From assembly GCA_949300365.1 (NCBI GenBank), contig CASGEC010000003.1:53585-117584 (forward strand): DNA of 64,000 nucleotides, written 5' to 3'. The notes below the pieces were generated by a model. That model was not told where the DNA came from. It saw only the letters and a program-made list of their open reading frames with translations, and searched no databases. Origin of the DNA: an uncultured Bacillota bacterium. Lineage in GTDB: Bacteria; Bacillota_I; Bacilli_A; RFN20; CAG-288. Both the position numbers and the translations under genes were made by a program. Shown here one piece after another: positions 1-8,809 of this stretch (positions within the stretch are counted from its first letter, which is position 1; the number at the start of each line of letters is the position of its first letter).

Positions 1-208
1 TTTTTTCAGACATAATCGCTTTGATATCAAGTTGAAAGCCATTCTTTTTCACACCTGTTTTATTAATGCAATATCCTAGATTGTAATCGTTTACCTGTAC
101 ATTTCTTAGCATTTCTCATCTTCCTTTATCTCTTCCTGCCCTTGGGGAAGGAATCGGACTATAATGGAGGATGAAAGCAAAATGATTCCGGTGAAAAGGG
201 GGTGGCCA

Positions 209-2179
209 ATGAAAAAATCGAATATCGAATACGCGATCCTGATGACCTTGATTCCCCTCTATCTGGCCTTGATGTGTCTTTCCCTTCTCGTCGAGGATAC
301 TTTTCCGATGCTCGTCCTTTCTGGTGTCACAGGCGGTATCCTTTTTGTCATCCTTTTCCTCAACGCCCTTTTCCTTTTCCTGAAGCGGGATCGCTACCGC
401 AACTCTCGGAAAGTGCTCGATAGCTTTGCAACGGAGAAAGCCTTCGATCCGAGGAAGGACAAGAACGTTCTCAGAAAGCCTGTCCTCTTCCTTCTTCTTG
501 GCTATCTCTACCTTCTTCTTGTCCTTCTTTCCCTTTTCTTCCTCGGCTTTTCCGTCATTTCCTTCATGCGTATCCATGTCGCCTATGTCATTCCCGCCTT
601 TGTCCTTTCCCTTCTTCTCGCGACCGTGACGACGGCCCTTATCGGTCCCTTCCTGTCTGAGAGGAAGAAGAGTGTCGTCCTAAGAAAGGAGTCTGATGTC
701 CATCACCTTTTGGCAAAGGCCTTTCCCACGAAAGCCGTCCGTGTCCTTCTTGTTTCCGGAAACGAGTTTGAAATCATCCGGCGTCCATTTCTCATCACGT
801 GGCGTCTTGGAACGGATCTCTTCTCTTATCTTGACGACAAGGAGCTTAATGGCCTTCTTGCCTATGAGGCAACGACCGACACGGTTCCCATCCTTAAGGC
901 CTATCACCGTCTTTCCAAAAGGATCGGGAGAATGGCGGAATGGACCCAGTACAACACCTTCCTCAACTTCGTCAATATCCTCTTCTTCCGCATTCTCTTG
1001 CGTCTACAGGATCACTTCTGCCTGGACTTCCTTTTGTCGAAGAAGCACTGGGAAGAGATAATACGGGAAGATGCCATGGCAAAAAGCGGGAAGGCAGAAG
1101 ACTATCTCTCCGCCTTGGCCAAGAAGAAGGCGCTCTCCTTCTATGAGGGATTCTCTCTTCCCAATCCCGTCTATCGGACAGAGAAGGCCTATCCGATCGA
1201 CTACTTCCTTCTATTCTTCCAGGACAAATACAAGACCATCAAGGAAAACGAAGGGCGTTTCCTCTCCTACCTTGATAAAGACAAGGCCTTCCAGCAGAAA
1301 AAGGAACGCTTCCAGATCCAAAGACTATCCTTGAAAAGAGAGAGACTTTCCTTGAAGGAGGAACAGGAAAGAAAGGACGCCCTGTTGCTTTTGGGAAGGA
1401 AGCATCTCAAAAGATGGCAAAAGGAATATCCCACAAAGCGATATCTTTCCTATGGCCTTTATCAGGACTTGGACCATGTCGGCTTTGATAGACCGGCCCT
1501 TAGTTTTGCTATCCATGCTCTCCTTCTTGAAAAGGAAGGAAAGGAGGAAGAAGCCAAGGCCTATTATCAAAAAGCCCTCCTGGTGATGCCCAATTACCCT
1601 CTTGCGCTTTACCGCCTCGGGCTCCTTTTGCTAAGAAAGGATGATCCTCAGGGTGTTGAGAAGATAAGGCTTTCCTACCAGCTGGATGAAAGCTACCTTC
1701 AGAAAGGCCTTCTTGCCATCGATAATTACCGCAGAAGGAACGCCCTCTTCAAGGAAAAGGAAGAAAGCGACAAGGACAATGTCCTAGAGATAAAGAAGGA
1801 AATCGATTGTCAGGAGGAAAGCGAACTGACTTCCAATAGCCATATGGAGGAAATCGACCTTCCAGAAGACATCCTCTCTGGAATAGCAAACTTGGCTCTC
1901 AAGATTCCATCCATCATCAAGGTCAAGGCCATCAAGCAGGTCTCCGCAAAAGGGACCGTCAAGTATCATATCGGCCTTCTGGAAAAGGAGAAGAGCACGG
2001 AGAGAAAACGCCTTCTTGCCTTTGCGGCATTTTGGGCCTATCTTGACTCGATTCCAAGAATCCGCTTCTTCCTGACGCCCCTGGAGAGCGAGAAGAAGTA
2101 CGATGTCTATTCTTCCTATCTCAACGGGAAGATGGCAAAGACCGTCTATGAAAGAAAGGAGGACAGGGACAATGGTTGA
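209..2179 (+). CDS. Membrane protein, peptidase M48-like fold without HExxH, plus TPR region
   Basis: ORF 164..2179; ATG at 209 follows AAAGGGGGT RBS. Four N-terminal TM helices; LSYLDDKELNGLLAYE-like segment resembles M48 'ELxAVLAHE'; TPR-like EEAKAYYQKALLVMPNYPLALYRLG. Confidence 0.6.
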   Translation: MKKSNIEYAILMTLIPLYLALMCLSLLVEDTFPMLVLSGVTGGILFVILFLNALFLFLKRDRYRNSRKVLDSFATEKAFDPRKDKNVLRKPVLFLLLGYLYLLLVLLSLFFLGFSVISFMRIHVAYVIPAFVLSLLLATVTTALIGPFLSERKKSVVLRKESDVHHLLAKAFPTKAVRVLLVSGNEFEIIRRPFLITWRLGTDLFSYLDDKELNGLLAYEATTDTVPILKAYHRLSKRIGRMAEWTQYNTFLNFVNILFFRILLRLQDHFCLDFLLSKKHWEEIIREDAMAKSGKAEDYLSALAKKKALSFYEGFSLPNPVYRTEKAYPIDYFLLFFQDKYKTIKENEGRFLSYLDKDKAFQQKKERFQIQRLSLKRERLSLKEEQERKDALLLLGRKHLKRWQKEYPTKRYLSYGLYQDLDHVGFDRPALSFAIHALLLEKEGKEEEAKAYYQKALLVMPNYPLALYRLGLLLLRKDDPQGVEKIRLSYQLDESYLQKGLLAIDNYRRRNALFKEKEESDKDNVLEIKKEIDCQEESELTSNSHMEEIDLPEDILSGIANLALKIPSIIKVKAIKQVSAKGTVKYHIGLLEKEKSTERKRLLAFAAFWAYLDSIPRIRFFLTPLESEKKYDVYSSYLNGKMAKTVYERKEDRDNG

Positions 2180-2885
2180 AACGATTCATGACAATCCCCA
2201 TTCACGGGATATCCTCATTCTCTCGGCAGTCCTTAAGTCCGTAATCCTTCTTTTCTCCCTTTCCGCCTTCATCGTCACCATCGTCCAGGCCATCGAGGAC
2301 AAGTCGGCCCTCATCTTCTCCTACTTCACCATCCTTTCGAACTTCTTCATCCTGATCACGACGATCGTCTTCCTGGTGGCGGATGTCGCCCGGTATTTTG
2401 GAAAGCACTGGTATGGTGGAAGATTGACCTTCATGATCCGCTTCTTTGCCATCATCGCCATCACGATGACCGGATGCCTATTTGATTTCGTCCTCGTTCC
2501 TGTCGGCGGGATTGCTCTTTTGGAGTCCTACACGTCCGTCTCCTTCCATGTCATCATTCCCTTCCTCTCGATCATCGACTTCATCCTGACCAACACCATC
2601 TATCGGATTCGGATTCTGGATATCCTTCTCTCCCTTGCCTATCCGATCCTGTATCTTGTGATGATCCTTGTCATGTCCTATTCGGGTATCCGCTGGGATG
2701 ACAATACGACCGCGGCTCCCTATCCCTTCCTGGACTATCTTGAGAACACCTGGTTCGGAAAGGGAACCTATATCGGCGTCTTCTATTGGATAGTGATCCT
2801 CCTTGCCATCTTCCTCGTCTTGGGTTTCTTCTATCGCTTCCTCCAGAAGAAGGCCAAGGGAAGGCATTTCCACCTCTTCCGCTAG
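2172..2885 (+). CDS. Pr6Pr-family membrane protein
   Basis: FSYFTILSN and PYPFLD motifs, about 6 TM helices; ATG 2172 overlaps the upstream stop. Confidence 0.75.
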   Translation: MVETIHDNPHSRDILILSAVLKSVILLFSLSAFIVTIVQAIEDKSALIFSYFTILSNFFILITTIVFLVADVARYFGKHWYGGRLTFMIRFFAIIAITMTGCLFDFVLVPVGGIALLESYTSVSFHVIIPFLSIIDFILTNTIYRIRILDILLSLAYPILYLVMILVMSYSGIRWDDNTTAAPYPFLDYLENTWFGKGTYIGVFYWIVILLAIFLVLGFFYRFLQKKAKGRHFHLFR

Positions 2886-2893
2886 GGCATAAG

Positions 2894-2926
2894 AAAAGGC
2901 CACCGGCGAATATCCGATAGCCTTTT
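2894..2926. terminator. Probable bidirectional intrinsic terminator
   Basis: AAAAGGC...GCCTTTT imperfect hairpin between convergent genes. Confidence 0.5.
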
Positions 2927-2930
2927 GTCT

Positions 2931-3317
2931 TTACTCCTCTTCGTGGCAGCAGTGGCAGTGACAGCCGCCTTCCTGACAGCAGGAATGGAAGAGCCTTTCC
3001 GTCGGGACCTTGGGAAGAGAGCCGTCCAGGTATTCCAGGATGGCTTCATGGACATCGCCGACAAGGGCAGGATAGATATTGACCTTGTCTTTTTCCAAGG
3101 CTTCCACGGCAGGCTTTCCTAGACCATTGCAGACAAGGACCTGTACCTTATTCTCCTTAAGGAGTGAGAGCATGTATTCATGCCCTTTTTCCGTGCAGGG
3201 AAGGATGGATTCTTTCAGGATCTTTCCGTCCTCTACCTGATAGAGGTGGATGGCCTTGCTTTTTCCGAGGTGCTGGGCGATCTCGCCGTCATCTTCTGCG
3301 ATAGCTACTGTGATCAT
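2931..3317 (-). CDS. NifB/NifX-family (IssA-like) Fe-Mo cluster-binding domain protein with Cys/His-rich tail
   Basis: IAQHLGKS, VQVLVCNGLG and GDVHEAI motifs; C-terminal HSCCQEGGCHCHCCH. Confidence 0.8.
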   Translation of the reverse strand: MITVAIAEDDGEIAQHLGKSKAIHLYQVEDGKILKESILPCTEKGHEYMLSLLKENKVQVLVCNGLGKPAVEALEKDKVNIYPALVGDVHEAILEYLDGSLPKVPTERLFHSCCQEGGCHCHCCHEEE

Positions 3318-3375
3318 GTCTTTCTCCTTGTAGGAAGAGTATCGCCGACTTTCCCTTTCGATGCAAGGAAAACGA

Positions 3376-6084
3376 CTAGACGTCCTTCTTCAGAAGAAGC
3401 TGATGCGGCGTCTTAAGAAGGGTCAAGGCCAGAGGAAGAAGGACAAAGAGCGTGACAAGAAGATAGGTCGCAAGGATGGCAAGGACATGGACATATAGCG
3501 GTGTCGATAGATTCCACAGGAGGAAAAGAAGAACGCTAAAGAAGACGTAGGGAAGGACAAAGAAGAGCGTCACCCTTCCGAGGACATCCAGAAGGTAGTG
3601 GACAAGGATCGCTCTCCTTTCCAATCCCAGGGCACGGTAGATGGCGATGACGTTCTCGTCCTGGGAAAGCCTCGTCCTGAAGAAGATGGCATAGAGCGTC
3701 AGAAGGAAGGCCATCACGACAAGGATAGCGACATAGAAGAGATCGATATCCCGGGTGTCGACGGCTTTGTCGAAGTATTCCTGCGCCCGGATGGTCTGAA
3801 TCCTGGGATAGTTCTCTTTCAGATAGGCGATCGTCTTTTCGGCATCCTGGCAGCAGAAGCGGAAGTAAAGGCCGCTGGAGCCATAAAGCTGGGACCAGGA
3901 AAAGCCATAGCCATCGGAAAAGCCGATAAGAAGCGGAAGGACAAAGTCGTCCGTCAGAAGGGAAGGAAGATCGCCCTCTCCGGTGAAATAGCCTTGGACC
4001 AGGATTTCACGGGAATAGGAAGAAGAATCCAGGACAGGGAACTTTTCGCTATCTGCCTTGAAGGAACCATAGAGATCCTTGGAAAGATAGACACCGATCT
4101 GATCTTCTTCCAAGGAAGTCGATAAAGTATCGACATAGGTAAGATCCGGATAGCTTCCTTTCCCTAGGACAGGAATGGCATTCCCGCCCTGAAGGAGGCC
4201 CGAAAAGAAGCTCTCCACAAGATTCGTGGCCAGTTTCTGAGGGACATAGAGAACCTTCTTTCCCTTGTCTTCGGGATAGAGCGTATCGGCAAGGGAGCTC
4301 TTGAAGTTGAGAGGGATATTGATGGGATTGATGAATCCGGAATAAAGAGGCATCTCCTTGCGGAAGATATCCGAACCGAAGGCCGTCTCTTCTTCGCCAC
4401 CAGGATCGGAAGAGGAAAGGATGCGGATGGAAAGGTCGGAGAGAGCAAAGCTTGCTTCCGGATCCATGCTTCTGGACAAGGCCGAAAGGAAGAAGACATC
4501 CTTGGAATCAAGTCCGGCAAAGTAGATCTTCCCTATCGAGGTATCGCCTTCGATGATGCCCTTGATCGTATAGTCCTTCTTCTTGCCATCGATCCCATAG
4601 AAATGCCACTTTGTCCCGATGACCTTGTCATAGTCCTCCGCCTTGAAGGAGGCAAGAAGGTTCTTGGCAAAGGACTTGTCGATGAGGATATCGCCATATC
4701 CCAAGGAGGAGAAGGAAAGGGAGGAAGGAAGAAGGGAGACCTCGCTTTGGGAGACGCACTCCAAGGAAAGGAAACCGGAATCATAGGACATATCCTGGGG
4801 AGAAGAAAGGCCAAAAGGCGGTTCCAGGACCTCAAAGTCCGTTGGTTGGATCACGGCCGAGACAACGCTGGGAGAGAGAATGCCCGAATCCGGATCCTCC
4901 ATGAGTTCAAGATAGCCGTCGATCTCAGTCGCCTGATTGTTGTCGCTCAAGAGGCCGACCTGCCTTGTCTTAGAGAAATCATAGAGAATCGATCCCATGC
5001 GCGACTCATACATCTGGAAACGCATGCCGAGGCACAGCGGGATGATGATGGCAAGAAGAAGGGAGATGATGACAAGGATCCTGTTTCCCTTGCGACTCAT
5101 CATGTTCTTGAAGAGGGCCTTGTGGAAGAGCCTGTCCTTCCTTGTGGAATCATCAAAGCCTATGGTATCAAAGTTGATACTTGGTGACATTTCCTGTTGT
5201 TCTTTCGTGTTTTCGACAGGCCTTATCTCTTCCTTGACGACCTCGAATCCTTCCGGAAGATGGATGTAGGTCTTCCCATCCTTCTGAAGGATGGTGATCC
5301 TGTCTTTTGTCGTCTCTTTCCTATCCTGATAGAGCGTGACGTCGATCGATCCGATCGTGCCCTCCGTTTTCGCCAGGGGGACATCCTTAGGAAGGGAGAG
5401 GACGTTCTTTTCCTTTCCGGGGACTTGCTCCTCCTGGATCTTGCCATCACAGATCCGATAGAGGACATCGGCAAAGGCGTGGGCCAGGTTTTCGTTGTGG
5501 CTGACGACAAGGACGAGGATATCCGCACTGAGGCCCTTGAGGATCCTCATGACGTTCTCGCCGTTCTTGCTGTCGAGATTTCCGGTCGGTTCATCGGCAA
5601 GGAGGATCTTGGGCTTACTGGCAATGGCCCTTGCGATAGCAACCCTCTGCTTCTGTCCCAGAGAGAGCTGTCCGGCCTTCCTTCTCTTGTAGAGAGAGAG
5701 GGAGACGGCCTTCAAGGCGCTATCGGCCCTCTTCCGGACTTCTTCCTTGTCGTCGATTCCGCATATGCTCAGGCCTTGGCGGATGTTCTCGAAGACGGTC
5801 GATTCCTCGTCGAGGTAGAAGTCCTGGAAGACATAGCCGATGTTTGCCCTTCGAAAGGCGTCCAGGTTGTGATGATTGACCTTTCCCAGGCTTCCATAGT
5901 CGATCGTCCCTTCGTAGCTATCCAGTCCTCCCACGAGGTTAAGAAGGGTGCTCTTTCCGCTTCCGGACTTGCCAAGGAGAAAGACCATGCCCTTGTCGGG
6001 AAGAACAAGGGAGACATCATCCAGGGCCTTGAGGCTTTCCTTGCCGTTCTTAAAGCTCTTCGTGACATGTTCGAGGGTGATCAT
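3376..6084 (-). CDS. ABC transporter ATPase fused to FtsX/MacB-type permease
   Basis: Walker A GKSGSGKS, signature LSLGQ, Walker B ILLADEPT; one TM, large ectodomain, three C-terminal TMs with IAIYRALG. Confidence 0.9.
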   Translation of the reverse strand: MITLEHVTKSFKNGKESLKALDDVSLVLPDKGMVFLLGKSGSGKSTLLNLVGGLDSYEGTIDYGSLGKVNHHNLDAFRRANIGYVFQDFYLDEESTVFENIRQGLSICGIDDKEEVRKRADSALKAVSLSLYKRRKAGQLSLGQKQRVAIARAIASKPKILLADEPTGNLDSKNGENVMRILKGLSADILVLVVSHNENLAHAFADVLYRICDGKIQEEQVPGKEKNVLSLPKDVPLAKTEGTIGSIDVTLYQDRKETTKDRITILQKDGKTYIHLPEGFEVVKEEIRPVENTKEQQEMSPSINFDTIGFDDSTRKDRLFHKALFKNMMSRKGNRILVIISLLLAIIIPLCLGMRFQMYESRMGSILYDFSKTRQVGLLSDNNQATEIDGYLELMEDPDSGILSPSVVSAVIQPTDFEVLEPPFGLSSPQDMSYDSGFLSLECVSQSEVSLLPSSLSFSSLGYGDILIDKSFAKNLLASFKAEDYDKVIGTKWHFYGIDGKKKDYTIKGIIEGDTSIGKIYFAGLDSKDVFFLSALSRSMDPEASFALSDLSIRILSSSDPGGEEETAFGSDIFRKEMPLYSGFINPINIPLNFKSSLADTLYPEDKGKKVLYVPQKLATNLVESFFSGLLQGGNAIPVLGKGSYPDLTYVDTLSTSLEEDQIGVYLSKDLYGSFKADSEKFPVLDSSSYSREILVQGYFTGEGDLPSLLTDDFVLPLLIGFSDGYGFSWSQLYGSSGLYFRFCCQDAEKTIAYLKENYPRIQTIRAQEYFDKAVDTRDIDLFYVAILVVMAFLLTLYAIFFRTRLSQDENVIAIYRALGLERRAILVHYLLDVLGRVTLFFVLPYVFFSVLLFLLWNLSTPLYVHVLAILATYLLVTLFVLLPLALTLLKTPHQLLLKKDV

Positions 6085-8510
6085 CTTTGGCCTCCATTGT
6101 CCTTGAGGATGCTATTGAGGGTGCGCTTCTTTTCCTTGCCATAGAAGCGAAGAAGAAGCAGGGCACCAAAGAGGAGAAGGAGGAAGAAGCCAGCGACAAA
6201 TTGCGCTGGCCGGATAAAGCCGGGAAGGACCGCGTTGAGATAAAGGCAGACGATGATGGAAAGGACGATATAGGTCAAAGTCATCGGCAGAAGGACGATG
6301 ACGCTGCGGAAAAGGAAGAGGGACCTTCTGGGATAGCCGAGGGTCGTCAAAACGCCGAAGTCGGCATTGTAGCGCTTGAGGATGGCCTTCAGGACAGGAT
6401 AGGTGACAAAGAAGAAGACGAAAAGAAGGACGAAGACGAGGAAGGTGATAGTGATGGCCGAGAAGCAGTACTGGACATAGTCCATGGAGGTCGGCTCTTC
6501 CCCGACCCAATACCGGTAATCGGAAGGATAGGCAAGATAGCCTTCCTTTTGCAGTTCCTGATAGCCATTTTTGCAGGCTTCGGCATTGGGGTAGTAGACC
6601 GTTTCAAGGGCATGGGAACGGACAAGAAGAAGGGCAAGGAAAGGTGTCTGTGTTTCCGCGGGGATCCTTATCTGGATGGTGTCTTCCGGAATCGTGCTCC
6701 AGTAGATGCTTCCGGAGACGTTCTTCTCATCCCCCGGTGTCCTAAAAAGGCTTTCCATGTCCAGAAGATCCGCAAACAAGAAGAGGATTTCCTTAAGGGA
6801 CATCGATATGCCATTGAAGGAGACCATGATCTCCTCTTCCTTTCCCGCCCAGGGATCGGAAAGGGCAAGAAACGGGCTCATCTTTCCGACCGTAGAAGAG
6901 ACGCCATAGCCGGAAAGGGAAAGGCTGAATTCCCTTCCGAGGTATGTGGCCTGAAAGGCCGTCTCCGTTTGGATATCCATGGGAAGGGTAAGGTCAAGGC
7001 CTGAGCCCATGACGTTGCTTATAAGCATGGCCTTGAAGGACTTCTCGACTTCCTTGCTGATCCTTTCGGCTGTGACAAGCGGGAAAAAGACCATCACCGC
7101 GTTATCGCCGATATCGCCATGTCCGATACCGAAAAGGGGCAGGGAATCGACATAGTCGGACAGTTCCTTTTCGTATTCCGGAATACCCTCCAAGGTCATA
7201 TCCGAGGCCAAGGAAAGGATCGGATAGTAGGAAGGATCAAACCGGCTTTCTTTGCCAAGATAGTCCTTCAGGAAGGAGATGGCTTCCTTTTGGTAATCCA
7301 GGGAGATGTTGTCGTCGCTAAAGAGGACATAGAAGCCTTCCTCATCCTTTCTATCGCCATAGGAAAGCCAGCTCTTTTCCGGGACGCCGACGGAGAGGGA
7401 GACTTTATGGCGGCCAACGGAATGGAGATTGTCTCCGACTTCCTGTAAGCCCGGCCTGAGGAAGAAATCCACATAGGGAAGATAGGAAACGGACTGATAG
7501 GCCATGGCGCCTTGTGGTTTCTCTTCGGGAAGCGGGCTATCCTCCTTTCCAAGAAGATAGAGCATGTTGGGATTGCCCTTCTCAAAGGCTTTCGGATGAT
7601 AGCGATTGTATATCGCTGTCAAACCGGTCTCGAAGGTATCGGCCGTATAGGTGCCAGCCAAGGTGATACCAATCGTGGCACAGGTCAGAAGAAGGACGGA
7701 AAGGCACATCAAGGCAAGCTTCTTGGGGGCGGAGAAGATCAAGGAAAGGCAGGAGAGAAGAAGGGCGGAGAAGGAATTCTTCTTTCCCCTTTCCTTTGTC
7801 TCCTTAGTAGTATCCGAAACATTTCTCTCCCCGAGCCTTGTATCCGAAAGAAGGCGGCCGTTTTCAAGGACAATATGCCGATTGCAGAGCTTTTCGACGG
7901 ATTCATAGTCATGGGTCACATAAAGGATGAGACGGTTTTCCTTGATCTTGGCGATGAGGTCGATGATTTCCTTTCCGGTCTTGGAGTCGATGTTTCCCGT
8001 TGGCTCGTCAAAGGCGATGATCGGGCTATCCAAGGCCAAGGCCCTGGCGATGACGACGCGCTGCCTTTCGCCTCCGGAGAGACGGACGACTTTCTCCCGC
8101 ATTCTCTTTTCCAGACCGCATTCCTTCAAGGAGGATTCGGCCCTCTTCATGGCTTCCTTCCTTTTGTAGCCCTTGTTGACAAGGGAGATGACGAGGTTTT
8201 CCCGGGCGCTGAGATTGGGAATGAGGTTGTATTCCTGGAAGACGAAGGAGACATAGTCGCGGCGGAAAGAAAGGAGATCGTCCTCGGAGAAATCCGCCGT
8301 GCTCTTGCCTTCAAAGAGGATATCGCCCTCGTCATAGTCATCCATCAACGTGATGACATTGAGGAGGGTCGTCTTTCCCGATCCGGACTCGCCCGTAATG
8401 GCGACGAATTCGCCCCGCTGGAAAGAGAGCGAGACATCATCCAGTCCCTTGGCGGCATTCTTTCCCTGGGAATAGAATTTCGAGACATGGTCCAATTGGA
8501 TGAGCGCCAT
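6081..8510 (-). CDS. ABC transporter ATPase fused to FtsX/MacB-type permease
   Basis: GESGSGKT, LSGGE, FDEPT; C-terminal FGVLTTLGY permease motif; likely start MALIQL at 8510 (ORF extends to 8528); 4-bp overlap with the next gene. Confidence 0.9.
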   Translation of the reverse strand: MALIQLDHVSKFYSQGKNAAKGLDDVSLSFQRGEFVAITGESGSGKTTLLNVITLMDDYDEGDILFEGKSTADFSEDDLLSFRRDYVSFVFQEYNLIPNLSARENLVISLVNKGYKRKEAMKRAESSLKECGLEKRMREKVVRLSGGERQRVVIARALALDSPIIAFDEPTGNIDSKTGKEIIDLIAKIKENRLILYVTHDYESVEKLCNRHIVLENGRLLSDTRLGERNVSDTTKETKERGKKNSFSALLLSCLSLIFSAPKKLALMCLSVLLLTCATIGITLAGTYTADTFETGLTAIYNRYHPKAFEKGNPNMLYLLGKEDSPLPEEKPQGAMAYQSVSYLPYVDFFLRPGLQEVGDNLHSVGRHKVSLSVGVPEKSWLSYGDRKDEEGFYVLFSDDNISLDYQKEAISFLKDYLGKESRFDPSYYPILSLASDMTLEGIPEYEKELSDYVDSLPLFGIGHGDIGDNAVMVFFPLVTAERISKEVEKSFKAMLISNVMGSGLDLTLPMDIQTETAFQATYLGREFSLSLSGYGVSSTVGKMSPFLALSDPWAGKEEEIMVSFNGISMSLKEILFLFADLLDMESLFRTPGDEKNVSGSIYWSTIPEDTIQIRIPAETQTPFLALLLVRSHALETVYYPNAEACKNGYQELQKEGYLAYPSDYRYWVGEEPTSMDYVQYCFSAITITFLVFVLLFVFFFVTYPVLKAILKRYNADFGVLTTLGYPRRSLFLFRSVIVLLPMTLTYIVLSIIVCLYLNAVLPGFIRPAQFVAGFFLLLLFGALLLLRFYGKEKKRTLNSILKDNGGQR

Positions 8511-8809
8511 AAAACCCCTCCTTTCCATAAGGCCATTATATTACGAAAAGAGCAATACCAATAAGAAAGCGGAACAAAAAGACCATGGCCATAATCTTGC
8601 CAAGGACAGATCAGCCCTACCTGGAAGTTATAAGACAGGGGAGAGGTTTCCTTCCTTTTCCTTTGCCTTCAACAGGACAGTCGGTCTTGTTCCGCAGTCA
8701 AACAAGCACCAATCTTTTTGCTTCTTTGGAATATGCCTATTTAAGAGATATGCGAAACTTACTTCTTCTTTGAATCCAGTATCTTTCTTTTGAGAACAAT
8801 ATACCTATT

